Below are positions 18,318-30,693 of a DNA stretch of 64,000 nucleotides, piece after piece (positions within the stretch are counted from its first letter, which is position 1; each line of letters begins with the position of its first letter). Made by a program: the position numbers and the translations under genes. The stretch is from the human T2T-CHM13v2.0 reference genome, Homo sapiens. The stretch lies in NCBI RefSeq assembly GCF_009914755.1, contig NC_060941.1; one strand, 5' to 3'. Below the pieces are notes generated by a model. The model searched no databases. It had not been told where the DNA came from and saw only the letters and a list, made by a program, of their open reading frames with translations.

Positions 18318-18755
18318 TAAGGGAGGAGACCACCCCTCATATTGTCTTATGCCCAATTTCTGCCTCCAAAGAAAGAAGAAGTAAAAACTAAAAGGCAGAA
18401 ATGAAATCCACAGACAGCCCGGCACCACACCCTGGGCCTGGTAGTTAAAAGATCGACCCCTGACCTAATCGGTTATTTGCATAAGAAAAGCACTGTGAAG
18501 CACTGTCCTGTTCTCTTCCGTTCTAATTACTGGTGTATGCAACCCCCAGTCAGGTACCCCCTGCTTGCTCAATCGATCACGACCCTCTCACGTGGACCCC
18601 CTTAGAGTTGTGAGCCCTTAAAAGGGACAGGAATTGCTTACTCAGGGAGCTCGGCTCTTGAGACAGGAGTCTTGCTGATGCTCCCAGACGAATAAACCCC
18701 TTCCTTCTTTAATTCAGTGTCTGAGGGGTTTTGTCTGCAGCTCTTATCTGCTACA
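18318..18755 (+). mobile_element. Solo LTR2-family LTR (HERV-E/Harlequin)
   Basis: Starts TAAGGGAGGAGACCACCCCTCATATTGTCTTATGCCC and ends CTGCTACA. Perfect 4-bp TSD GAAT (18314-18317/18756-18759); AATAAA at 18691. Confidence 0.9.
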
Positions 18756-18963
18756 GAATGATTTCTGCTTTTTTATTGATCCGGGCCCTGTGGCTGGAAT
18801 GGCCTTTCTCATGTAAAAAAGTTCTTCTTGGTTCCCAGTTTCCTTCTTGCCTGCCGCTGCCTGTGACCTGGTCATCACATGAGGCATTTTCCTGCCACTC
18901 TGTCTCTCTCTCTCTCTCTGATGTCTGTCAATTAAAACATTACCTGGGGGCAGGTAATGTCTT

Positions 18964-19095
18964 TCCCCAGGTAAGGGCAATTTCATAAGGTGCATGCTGG
19001 GTTTAATGCTCTGATGACATCGTCTTGAAATTCACAATAATTTTTGAACGAGGGTTGATTTGCATATAGATCCTATAAAGGAAGTGGTGGTCCTG
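18964..19095. mobile_element. MER91-like hAT DNA transposon relic
   Basis: GGTTTAATGCTCTG...GTCTTGAAATTC..AATAATTTTTGAAC motif. Confidence 0.55.
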
Positions 19096-19257
19096 CCTGG
19101 AGAATCCACATCCCTATTGCATTTTCATTACATCAGAAGCATATATATGTTTATACTTGAGGATAAAATGAGAACTGTGTTGTACTGGAGAATGATGTTT
19201 GATGACAATCAAGAGCCTCTTCTTCAGGAATAGGTGATTATGTGGTCGTTCCCACCG

Positions 19258-19439
19258 ATCTTTGAAAGGGAAGGACCTAGGAACTGAAGCCAGACCCCCA
19301 CCTCTGCAAGAGTTCCTTGCTGGAGTCACTCAGCAGACCCCCACTCTCTGGACTTTGGGGACATGAGACTGCTGAGCACCTCCACCAGAGGGAAAGTGGA
19401 AGTGGCCCCAAGAAAGAGGGAACCACGAAGCAGTTTCAG
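19258..19439 (+). pseudogene. SPECC1-like exon remnant D: acceptor AG>CG, stops at 19263 and 19278, +1 frameshift near 19344
   Basis: Reads [42 protein letters not shown]... vs SPECC1 [44 protein letters not shown]. Donor GTATCA at 19440; phase 2 matches the next exon. Confidence 0.88.
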
Positions 19440-20612
19440 GTATCATGTCTCAAACAGTAAGAAATCAGAAAAACATAGGGCTGATCAGCTTTGATTGTTC
19501 CTTCTGTTTTGTCCTCCTGGACAATTGACTTCGACAAATACTTGCTGCATGAAAATAATTAAGATGCAGTGCCCGTCTTCAGTGAGTTTAAAAGGAGGAT
19601 GCTGGACAGTAAGTAGTGTGCAAGATGAAATTAAGAGCTGTAAAAAGACAATACTAAATAGGCAAAGTACTTGAGAGTTGTTAGTTGGCATAAGAAGTGT
19701 AGAGAGAAGTAGAAGTTCAGGGAATGGGGTGGTAATGTGTGTCTGGACTAGACTGGGCTTCCTAAGGCCAGGGACTCTGCCATATATATGCATGGTAGGC
19801 TCTCTGTCAGTATTTGTTGGGTGGATGGATAGGTGACTAGGACATTCCAGCTGGAAGGCAGGTTGGAGCCATATTGCAAATCTTCATTGCTAAGGAAGAG
19901 GTTTGTGCTTTATTTTGATAAAGCACTGAGGAGCCACCAAGTTTGTGGGATTTTATTCCTGTTTTTGAGTTATGGTACAGTGAGATTGGACCCATATTTT
20001 AAGGAGGAGTCATCAGAAAACAGTGGCATGTAAGGATTAGAGAGGCATTTTGAAATCAGTGTTTAAGGAGGACTTTGGCAGGGATGTGAAGGAGGGCTTG
20101 GCAGAGGGCAGGACTGCAAGACCAACAGGGTGGTCACTAAGAGGTGGTCTTTGCTGCCACACCTCTGTCACCTCCTCCCTTTTCAGTGCCCCTGGTCACC
20201 CAGGTTACAGCAAACCTCTTTCAACTGTTTCCTCTCTCATGTCTTCCTGCTTCTTCATGTTGGTTAATCTTCTGAAGCACTGAGCACATCCTGCTGCAGA
20301 CCTTGCAGAAATTTCCCATGACTCTGTCCTCTGCACTCCTCATCCTGATCTTCTAGATGCTCCACTACTTAGCACCACCCCTGCCCACCTGCCAGAATGG
20401 CCCAGCCTGTCCCTCCACCTGAACCTGTTTTAGTCCGTGCCTTAGCAATATTGCACAAGCATATTTGAGTGTAAGTCTTTGTGTATAAGGTTCTAACTTG
20501 AATTGTCCTCCTTTTGTCCTTTCACACTCTAAATACTGTTCTCTTTATTTAAAGGTCAAAACTTTCATGAAGTTATAGCTAACACCTGGCAGCATTGACA
20601 GCTCCCTTCTCC

Positions 20613-20932
20613 CTTTTTTTTTTCTTTTTCTTTTCTTTTCTTTTTTTTTTTTTTTGAGACAGATCCTCACTCTGTCACCAAGGCTGGAGTACAGTGGCAT
20701 GATCTGGGCTCACTGCAACCTCTGCCTCCTGGGTCCAAGTGATTCTCATGCCTCAGCCTCCTGAGTAGCTGGGATTATAAAGGCATGCACCATGACACCC
20801 AGCTAATTTTTGTATTTTTTTTAGTAGAGACAGGATTTCACCATTTTGGCTAGGCTGGTCTCAAACTCCTGATCTGCCCACTTCAGCCTCCCAAAACGCT
20901 GGGATTGCAGGTGTGAGCCTCCATACCTGGCC
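20613..20932 (-). mobile_element. Alu
   Basis: Full antisense dimer with T-rich tail. Confidence 0.9.
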
Positions 20933-21228
20933 AACATCTCCCTTCTTTGACTTTGGTGTCTTACGCTATTTCAGGTGTTTAATTTCTGTACTGCTTTGTG
21001 GTGTGGATAACTTCTGCACAATATATGCCTTAATCTCCATTTATGCTGTAATTTAGTGGACAGTAAATGTTCAGCTTACCTTTGGTATCTCTCCCAGCCC
21101 CTTGCATTGTGCAACACACATAACATTTCACTCAGTAAAACTTACGAATGAGTATGCTCATTCATATACAATATGAACGTATTGTTTATTTATCAGTATA
21201 CAAAATCGGCTACTTTTGGAGTAATAGC

Positions 21229-21317
21229 TTTTTTTTTTTTTTTTGGGAGACAGAGTCTCACTGCAACCTCTGCCTCGGGTTCAAGCAGTTCTCCTGCGTC
21301 AGCCTCCTAAGTAGCTA
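21229..21317 (-). mobile_element. Short 5'-truncated, internally deleted Alu
   Basis: Poly(T) plus Alu 3' fragment; TSD GTA(A/G)TAGCTTTTT. Confidence 0.75.
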
Positions 21318-21766
21318 GTAGTAGCTTTTTAATACATATTATCATTACTAATAAGGGTACTATCAAAGGATTTATGAAAGTCTGAATGAATAAGCTAGGA
21401 CTTATTGTTATACCTTTGGATGTAGCCTATATTTGCACCCAAATAGATGAAGTCATATATTTTAGAGGTTTAATTTAAAGCCCCAGATATTACATGTTGT
21501 CCTGTTTATGTGCGCGAGATTTAAATAATCAAAAGAGGTTTTAAAAACCAGAATTAGTGCTATTCTAAAATTCTCCTTTTCATTATACCAGAAATGCATA
21601 CAGGAAGGCTATGGGTATATTAATATGCTTCTGATATTTTATCTTTCATAGTGAAAAGTTAAATTAGTAAAATCAATTTATTTCAATTTTACATTTATCT
21701 CATTGAGATAAAGCAATGGCAGGATATCTGGTATTTTTAATATGCCCTTCCAATATACCTTGAAAA

Positions 21767-22088
<322 letters not shown>

Positions 22089-22476
22089 TAAATGTTATTT
22101 AGATACTGATGTAGTCTTGAAACCTGTAGAATGCTTTTGTATAGATATCCTTAATTCAAATGAGTTTGAATTAAAGTTCTAGCCTGAATTATATTTACAC
22201 AAATAAAAGACTAGATGGATGAGCAACAGATGGATTTTAAAACAAAATGTAGCAAAACTCTCCCCAGACTCATGACAGTCAGGAGGCACAATTTCATGTT
22301 TATTTCACACTGTGAGACATCAAATACATTATTAATGTAACTAATGTGGTTGTTTCTTCAGATTCTGGCTGAATAAACCAGACATTTGCTTTTCTAAAGT
22401 AGGTATTTAGTTCTTGTGAATTTGAGGATTCTAAACATTAGCATCTTCTCCTTAACGTGCTCTTCTCTCTAACCAG

Positions 22477-22579
22477 TGTGGAAAGAAGAAACCCTCTGGT
22501 GGCCTTGGCCCGGGAATATGGCGGTTTCAAGTGCAATGCTGTACTGAAATGGTACCAGAAGAAGACAGAAGGTTACATG
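22477..22579 (+). pseudogene. SPECC1-like exon remnant E (start of calponin-homology domain), frame still open
   Basis: Polypyrimidine tract plus CAG acceptor, GTAAGG donor, 103 nt. Reads [34 protein letters not shown] vs [34 protein letters not shown] (9/34 differences). Visible in ORF 22457..22684. Confidence 0.93.
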
Positions 22580-22815
22580 GTAAGGGACAATGTCAGCCAG
22601 CTTCCACCAGCCCTGGGCAGTAGTAGGCCTGTGCCAGTACATGTTCCATGTGTGCCTGTGCTTGGTGGACCAATATGCATGTAATTATCATCTTTCTGTT
22701 CTCCTAGACAGAGAGGCATATGCAACGGGAAGCCAGTTTGCACTCCCACCAAACATATGGGTGTATGCAGAGCTGCATCTCCCTAGGGAAGGGGGACCTT
22801 TTCCTTTGCTCAAAG

Positions 22816-23410
22816 TGTTACCGATCATGGGTTCTTAGGCTCTTGATGCAATAGAAATTCTCACCAGGCCAAAAGAGTTTTCCTAGCAAGGCTTTATTGG
22901 AGCATATGCCCAGGCACAAGGGAGGAAGCACAGGAGAGGGAGGATTCTCTGGCTGACTCCCTGAAATGAGCTGATAGGGATTTCTTTTATTAGGCAATGT
23001 GCGGAAATTGATGTCAAGGTAGGGAATGTGGGCTGGGCAGGGTAGAGAATGTGACGGGGAGGGGACATGGGTCGGCTTATCTGCTGGCAATGGTTGTCTT
23101 GAGTAATGGGCCATCTGGTGCTCTGGTTAGTGGCAGCAAGGCTGTATGAATCAGTTGTTTAGCATTCCTTCCTGAGGTGGGATACTTGCAACCTTGGTTG
23201 GATATTTTGGATCTCCTAAGGCCAGTTCCTGTAATCCTTTAAGTAAAAGGCAAGGTTAAACATTATGAGAGCACCAAAGAACAATATAGAATGGCTGTTT
23301 TCTTTGCGTGACTGTTAGTGGGTATGGCGTCAGTGAGGTAGTGGTGTGGGTTTTGTGATCAGTGGGAATGCATGAAAGAATGCTGTAGTGGGGCCTCCAC
23401 CCAAGGAGAC
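22816..23410 (-). mobile_element. ERV-type LTR (family not assigned)
   Basis: Begins TGTTACC; reverse-strand AATAAA near 22893; LTR-like composition. Right boundary uncertain. Confidence 0.55.
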
Positions 23411-23615
23411 AGCTTTTGCTAAATTACACTCCCAAAGAAGAGTGCTTTGCCTAATTCATATAAAGGCCCTACATAAATGAGCCTCCAAAACTTCTCCAAA
23501 TATTTTCTTTCTGTTGCTTTCAGAGTTGTTTGCATTTAGTTTAAAGAGTTTTTGTTTACTAGGACAGTATCTGTTTTCTGTTCAGAAAAGGAATTAATAC
23601 CTGGTATAAGTTTAA

Positions 23616-23999
<384 letters not shown>

Positions 24000-24252
24000 T
24001 GAACTATGAGGAAGTGAAAAGTCACACAGTCACCACTCGCATCCAGAAGAAGAGCATCGCCAGCTCCCACAGACCTTTCCTACAACTTTCCCATCATAAC
24101 CCCTCACTACTCCCTAAGATAACCATTGTCCTCAATTATTCTCCTTATGGATTTTCACAAAAGTATGCAGCCCTGAATATTATGTTAGTATTGCTTGCAT
24201 TTGAATTTTATTATAAATGGAATTTTAAAAACTATGTAATTTTGCATGTATC

Positions 24253-24357
24253 TTTTTTTTTTTTTTTGGTTTTAGGGAGCGGAAAGTTTAATAGGCAAGA
24301 AGGATGGGAGAAGGCAGAAAATGGAGGCTCCCCTGTACAGAGACAGAGGGAGGGGAG
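24253..24357 (-). mobile_element. Polyadenylated LTR fragment (LTR10/ERV1-like R region), probable L1-mediated retrocopy
   Basis: On the minus strand: LTR-like body, ATTAAA (24287-24292), 19 nt, then A15 (24253-24267). Interrupts the L1 host. Confidence 0.65.
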
Positions 24358-25103
24358 CTTTTTTTTACACAGTATTGAATCAGTGAGATTTATTCATGTT
24401 GTCACCTATACTGTAATTTGTTCATTTTCTTCACCATTTAGTAACCCATTGTAGGATTATAGCATTATTTAGTTACCCATTCTATTATTGATAGATCGTT
24501 GAGTCAAGTCCAGTTTGGGGCTAAGGTGAATAGCGCTGTTATGTTCTTGTCGATGTCTCTTGAAACACATATGTGCTTGTTCCTGTTGGTTACATCCTTC
24601 AGAATGGAATTCCTGGGCCTTAGGGTATGCATACATTCTAGGATAGTACCAAACAGATGCCTGAAATATTTGTATAATTTATGTCTTTTCAGCAGTTTAT
24701 GAGAGGTCAATTTCTGTGCATTTTCATCAACACTTGGTAGCATCAGTCTTTTTACTGGAGGTCATGTGGGTAATGTGTAGTAGTGTCTCATTGAGGTTTT
24801 GATTTGCATTTTTCTTTTGGCAGTGGAGATTGAGCACCTTTTCATATGCAAATTGGCCATGTGGATAGTCCCTTTTGGGATGCACCTGCTCAGGTTTTTT
24901 GCCCACTTTGTTTGTTTGGTGGTGGGGAGCGGGGGTATTGGCTCTGTAAACAGCATATGAACTTTTGTCCATTTTAAGAATCAGATGTCATTCTCTTCCT
25001 TATTGCTTTTAAGAATTCTTTATATATTCTCCATGTAAGTCCTTTGTCAAATACATATATGGCAAATACCTTCTTCCAGTGTGCCTTAAATTTTCTTCTT
25101 TTG

Positions 25104-26805
25104 GCTCTCCCTCTGCCTCTGCCTCTGCCGCTGCCGCTGCCTCTGCCGCTGCCGCTGCCTCTGCCTCTGCCGCTGCCTCTCTTTCCACAGTCTCCCTCTG
25201 ATGCCGAGCCAAAGCTGGACCCTCTGCCTCTCTTTCCACAGTCTCCCTCTGATGCCGAGCCAAAGCTGGACTGTACTGCTGCCATCTCAGCTCACTGCAA
25301 CCTCCCTGCCGGATTCTCCTGCCTCAGCCTGCCGAGTGCCTGCGATTGCAGGCACGCGCCGCCACGCCTGACTGGTTTTCGTATTTTTTTGGTGGAGACG
25401 GGGTTTCGATGTGTTGGCCGGGCTGGTCTCCAGCTCCTAACTGCGAGTGATCCGCCAGCCTCGGCCTCCCGAGGTGCCGGGATGGCAGACGGAGTCGCGT
25501 TCACTCAGTGCTCAATGGTGCCCAGGCTGGAGTGCAGTGGCGTGATCTCGGCTCGCTACAACCTCCACCTCCCAGCTGCCTGCCTTGGCCCCCCAAAGTG
25601 CCGAGATTGCAGCCTCTGCCCGGCCGCCACCCCGTCTGGGAAGTGAGGAGCATCTCTGCCTGGCCGCCCATTGTCTGGGATGTGAGGAGCCTCTCTGCCT
25701 GGCTGCCCAGTCTGGAAAGTGAGGAGCATCTCTGCCCGGCCGCCATCCCATCTATGAAGTGAGGAGCGTCTCTGCCAGGCCGCCCATCGTCTGAGATGTG
25801 GGGAGCGCCTCTGCTCTGCCGCCCCATCTGGGATGTGAGGAGTGTCTCTGCCCGGCCGCCCCGTCTGAGAAGTGAGGAGACCCTCTGCCTGGCAACCGCC
25901 CCGTCTGAGAAGTGAGGAGCCCCTCCGCCCGGCAGCCACTCTGTCTGGGAAGTGAGGAGCGTCTCCGCCCGGCAGCCACCCTGTCCGGGAGGGAGGCGGG
26001 GGTCAGCCCCCCGCCCGGCCAGCCACCCCGTCGGGAAGGGAGGCGGGGGGGTCAGCCCGCCGCCCGGCCAGCCGCCCCATCCGGGAGGGAGGTGGGGAGG
26101 TCAGCCCCCCGCCCGGCCAGCCGCCCCATCCGGGAGGTGAGGGGCGCCTCTGCCCGGCCGCCCCTACTGGGAAGTGAGGAGCCCCTCTGCCCGGCCAGCC
26201 GCCCCGTCTGGGAGGTGAGGGGCGCCTCTGCCCGGCCGCCCCTACTGGGAAGTGAGGAGCCCCTCTGCCCGGCCACCACCCTGTCTGGGAGGTGTACTCA
26301 ACAGCTCATTGAGAACGGGTCATGATGACAATGGCGGTTTTGTGGAATAGAAATGGGGGAAAGGTGGGGAAAAGATTGAGAAATCGGATGGTTGCCGTGT
26401 CTGTGTAGAAAGAGGTAGACATGGGAGACTTTTCATTTTGTTCTGTACTAAGAAAAATTCTTCTGCCTTGGGATCCTGTTGATCTGTGACCTTACCCCCA
26501 ACCCTGTGCTCTCTGAAACATGTGCTGTGTCCACTCAGGGTTGAATGGATTAAGGGTGGTGCAAGATGTGCTTTGTTAAACAGATGCTTGAAGGCAGCAT
26601 GCTCGTTAAGAGTCATCACCACTCCCTAATCTCAAGCACCCAGGGACACAAACACTGCGGAAGGCTGCAGGGTCCTCTGCCTAGGAAAACCAGAGACCTT
26701 TGTTCACTTGTTTATCTGCTGACCTTCCCTCCACTATTGTCCTGTGACCCTGCCAAATCCCCCTCTGCGAGAAACACCCAAGAATGATCAATTAAAAAAA
26801 AAAAA
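25104..26805 (+). mobile_element. Full-length SVA retrotransposon (SVA_D/C-like)
   Basis: Hexamer head, Alu-like domain, GC-rich VNTR (about 25610-26290), SINE-R, poly(A). TSD core TCTTCTTTTG at 25094-25103 and 26808-26817. Confidence 0.96.
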
Positions 26806-26914
26806 TGTCTTCTTTTGATGAACAAAGTTCTTAATTTTAATTAAGTCTAATTTATCAGTCTTTCCTCTAATGGTTAGTGCTTTTTGTATTCTGTATAAGA
26901 AATTGTTTATTCAT

Positions 26915-27273
<359 letters not shown>

Positions 27274-27462
27274 TTATGTACCAATAAGTTATTTATTTAA
27301 AAATAATAAATATAGTTTGAAGGGCTTAAGTAGAGGGATGAGGAAGATGTTGGGAGGGAGTACATCGGGTGGAGTAGGAGCTGCCATTTAAATTATAAAT
27401 ATTATCAAACTATAATTTAAAAAATTTACATGTATTACTTTGTATATTAAAAAATAATTGAA

Positions 27463-27779
27463 GGCCAGGCACAGTGGCTCATGCCTGCAGTCCCAGCACT
27501 TTGGGAGCCCGAGGTGGGTGGATCCCCTCAGGTCAGGAGTTCGAGACTAGCCTGGCCAACATGGTGAAAACCCGTCTCTACTAAAAATATAAAAATTAGC
27601 CAGGCGTGGTGACGCACAACTGTAATCCCAGCTACTCGGGAGGCTGAGGCACTAGAATTGCTCAAACTCAGGAGGCAGTGGTGGCAGTGAGCCAGAATCA
27701 TGCCACTGCACTGTAGCCTGGGTGACAGAACGAGACTCCATCTCAAATAATAATAATAATTATTATTATTATTATTATT
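27463..27779 (+). mobile_element. Alu with (AAT)n(ATT)n tail
   Basis: Full dimer; tail converted to inverted trinucleotide runs. Confidence 0.9.
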
Positions 27780-28444
27780 GAAGCAAAACAATAAAGTAGA
27801 AGAGATAGATGCAAGTTATTAGTAATCTAGTTTTTACTTGGGAGGCAGGATTCACAAGTATTTATTTTGTTATCGTCATTCATAATCCAAGCATATTCTT
27901 TGTATCAAAGGTTATATTATGACCTACAATTTGGAGGTGGAAAATCTGAAGGAAAGGCCATGAAGAAGTATTGTGGCTAATAATTAAACCAGATGCTTTC
28001 TGAGAAAAGATTTAAAAGGGAGAAATAAAACCCATGAGGAGGGTGCTCTCCTGGGATGACAGCGTCAGGAATGGACCTGAGGGGCCTCTTGAGCTGGGCA
28101 CAATCCACAGTGCTGCTATCCCACTTCACAGCCCTGTGACAATTCACAAGTCAGTTAGTTATTCCTAAACTGTTACTTTTTGAATTAAAATACACACATA
28201 AAAGAGTGATAAAAACATTTTTCAGAAAAATGGCATTTTTCCAAGTGGCTTACCTAAAAATGCCCTTAGCCTGAATTGCATATACTGTGTTATAACTCAG
28301 AATTTTCTCATTTTGACATGGTCCCTTCTTATTTTATAAAGATAATAAAAGTGATCATTTTATATCATCAAAGCTTTTGCAATTTGAAATAGTAATGATG
28401 TGAGTGATACTGTTAAACTAGATTTAAGTCTTGAGTCAGATGAA

Positions 28445-28640
28445 TGGCAAATCCAGCCCACCACATGTTTTTGTAAATAAGTTTCGTAAGCACACAGCTC
28501 CACACATTCATTTACATATTCTCTAGAACTGTTTTTTGCTGCAACTGCAGAGCTGAGTAGTTGCAACAGAAATTTTTCAGTTAGATGACCTACCAAACTG
28601 AAATTATTTACAATTTGACCCTTTATAGAAAAAATTTACT
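28445..28640. mobile_element. MER58-like hAT-Charlie relic
   Basis: GTTTTTGTAAATAAG...CATTCATTTACATATT...GAGTAGTTGCAACAGA motifs. Confidence 0.7.
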
Positions 28641-28656
28641 TAGATGAAGATATATA

Positions 28657-28720
28657 TTAGGTTGGTGTAAAGTAATTGCGTTTTTTCCCATTAACTGCAA
28701 TTACTTTTGCACCAACCTAA
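28657..28720. mobile_element. MADE1 (Hsmar1-derived MITE), centrally deleted
   Basis: TTAGGTTGGTGTAAAGTAATTGCG...TGCAATTACTTTTGCACCAACCTAA terminal inverted repeats with TA on both sides. Confidence 0.9.
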
Positions 28721-28781
28721 TACACATGTTCCTTAGATGAAGATACATGCAAGTATCTCCTGTAGTTCAAATCCTATTTGG

Positions 28782-29025
28782 GGCCTGGCAGGGTGGCTCA
28801 CACCAGTAATCCCAGCACTTTGGGAGGCCAAGGCAGACAGATCTCTTGAGCCCAGGAGCTCGAGACCAGGCTGGGCATACCAATAAAGTTAGCTGATTGT
28901 GGTGGCACATACCTGTAGTCCCAGCTACTTGGAAGGCTGAGGCAGGAGGATAGCTTGAGCCCAGGAGGCAGAGGTTGCAGTGAGCCAAGATCGCGCTACT
29001 GCACTCCATCCTGGATGACAGAGTG
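28782..29025 (+). mobile_element. Alu (old, internally deleted)
   Basis: Alu arms with a shortened linker. Confidence 0.8.
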
Positions 29026-29842
29026 TTATCCAAACTGAATCTTGTTTTAAATCTGGAAAGAACACCCACGTTGCAGGCAAATTGTTTTTCTGTCTCTGAG
29101 TTCTCACAGACAAGCACTAAAATCTGCTTAGCCAACAGCAAGCAACCCCTGAAATACCAGCCCACCTGGGGCTCTGTTTCTTGTCTTTTTTGAGAGAGGT
29201 CTCTTGAGGGCTACATGCACAATTCAAAAAACATAAATCCTTTGACTTATTTATTGCCGTCAGAGTGGTCCTTTCCCTGACTTCGTTGTGAAGATAGAGC
29301 CCCAATAGCAGATGCGCGGCACTGTGGGCTTCCACTCTATTGAGGCCTTTTCTACCTGCTCTCCCTGCTTCTGTGCAGTTTCTGACACAGTGGCTTCTGA
29401 AGTGGCACAGGCATTGTGCTACAACCTAACAGTGGAGTTTGTTTGAAAATAAAGACGAAGGGCTCTCCCGTGTTGTGGGAGACACAGTCCTCTCCTGATG
29501 GCCATGTTTCTAGTTGGTTTTCTGTCATGAGCCAGCGTGCTTTGGGGCACCCGCTCCCACTCTTAGTGGTGTGTGCACTCCCAGAGGTATGAAACTATGA
29601 GGAATAAAAATGGCTTTCTGAACAAAAATATCAAACAGTGTAGAGACCTGTCAGATTGTTCGCACAGCAGATGGGGAGGGACGCGTTCTCCCACTTTAAT
29701 GTACACAAACACCAGAGAAGTAGCCCCAACAAGTCTAAGCTGGGCCCATCAGCCTCTTCCTCGGGAATTTTGGAAATAAAACTGAGTAAGATCACCTTAA
29801 AATACAAAGCCCAGATGCTATTGGCAGGCATGTTTTTGCCTC

Positions 29843-30350
29843 TGTGCAGAAAATAGTTAACCCAGGAGGCCTGGGATGGCTCTCCTTAGCAAGGCTGCTT
29901 GCAAGGCTGGCCCTTGGCTGGAGTCTGAGAACTAGGATTACAGGAGGGTTCACACCATTCCCAGAACTGATGAGAGGGGCTCACGGTTCTGAAACTGTTT
30001 GTGCAAACACGTGGTTTGTGCTGAACAGCGGCTTATCTGTGAGGAGTCTGGAATGTGGTATATGCTGGGCAGAAGGGGCCCATGTGACCAGCCCCTGATA
30101 AAAACGCTGGATGCAGAGTCCCTAATGAGCTTCCCTCATTAATTAATTAATTAATTCCTTGGGGGAATTAAACGTGCCCGTGACTGCTGGAGAGGACTCT
30201 TGGAAGCTCATGCCTCTGGACTTAACGCCCTGCGCCTTTTCCCTTTGCGTATATGGCTTTGTGTCCTTTCACTGTAATAAATTTGTGCATAGCTGTGGCC
30301 ATGACTTCATGCTGCGTCCTGTAGGTCCTCCCTCTGATCATTGAACATGG
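29843..30350 (+). mobile_element. MER21-like ERVL LTR
   Basis: TGTGCAGAAAATAGTTAAC...GCTTGCAAGGCTGGCCCTTGGCTGG start typical of MER21. Confidence 0.75.
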
Positions 30351-30693
30351 GCTTTTTATTGAGCCTTAAAAAGGAGTAAGGCACTGACACAGGCTGCAGT
30401 ATGAATGTTCGCTGAAGACGTGATGCCAGGTGAAAGAGCTGGGTGCAAAGGCTACATCTTGTTCGAGTCCATTTATAAGAAAAATCCAGAATAGGCAAAT
30501 CCACAGAAACAGAAAGCAGATGAGTGTTTGCCAGGGGCTGAGGGGAGAGGGGAATAGAGAGTGGGGTGGCTGCTTAGTGGGTACAGTTTTCTATTGTGTG
30601 ATGAAAATGTTCTGGACTAGTGATGGTCGCACAACATTGGGAATGTACTAAAAGCCACTGAACTATACACTTTAAACTGGTTTAAATATACAG
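30350..30693 (+). mobile_element. L1MB-like 3' end (host of the inverted L1)
   Basis: AAAATCCAGAATAGGCAAATCCACAGAAACAGAAAGCAG... typical L1MB 3'UTR. Confidence 0.75.

Noticed and set aside
23010-23050. PAHIPY peptide in minus-strand ORF 22818..23114 resembling the missing CH-domain exon
   Set aside because: Wrong strand, inside an LTR-like element, and no flanking similarity; treated as coincidence.
25044-25646. 200-aa ORF as a novel protein
   Set aside because: Arises from the stop-poor SVA hexamer/Alu-like sequence with an ATG in old L1; no evidence of coding function.
25610-26290. GC-rich repeat array as a CpG-island promoter or CRISPR-like array
   Set aside because: It is the SVA VNTR; there are no unique spacers and the DNA is eukaryotic.
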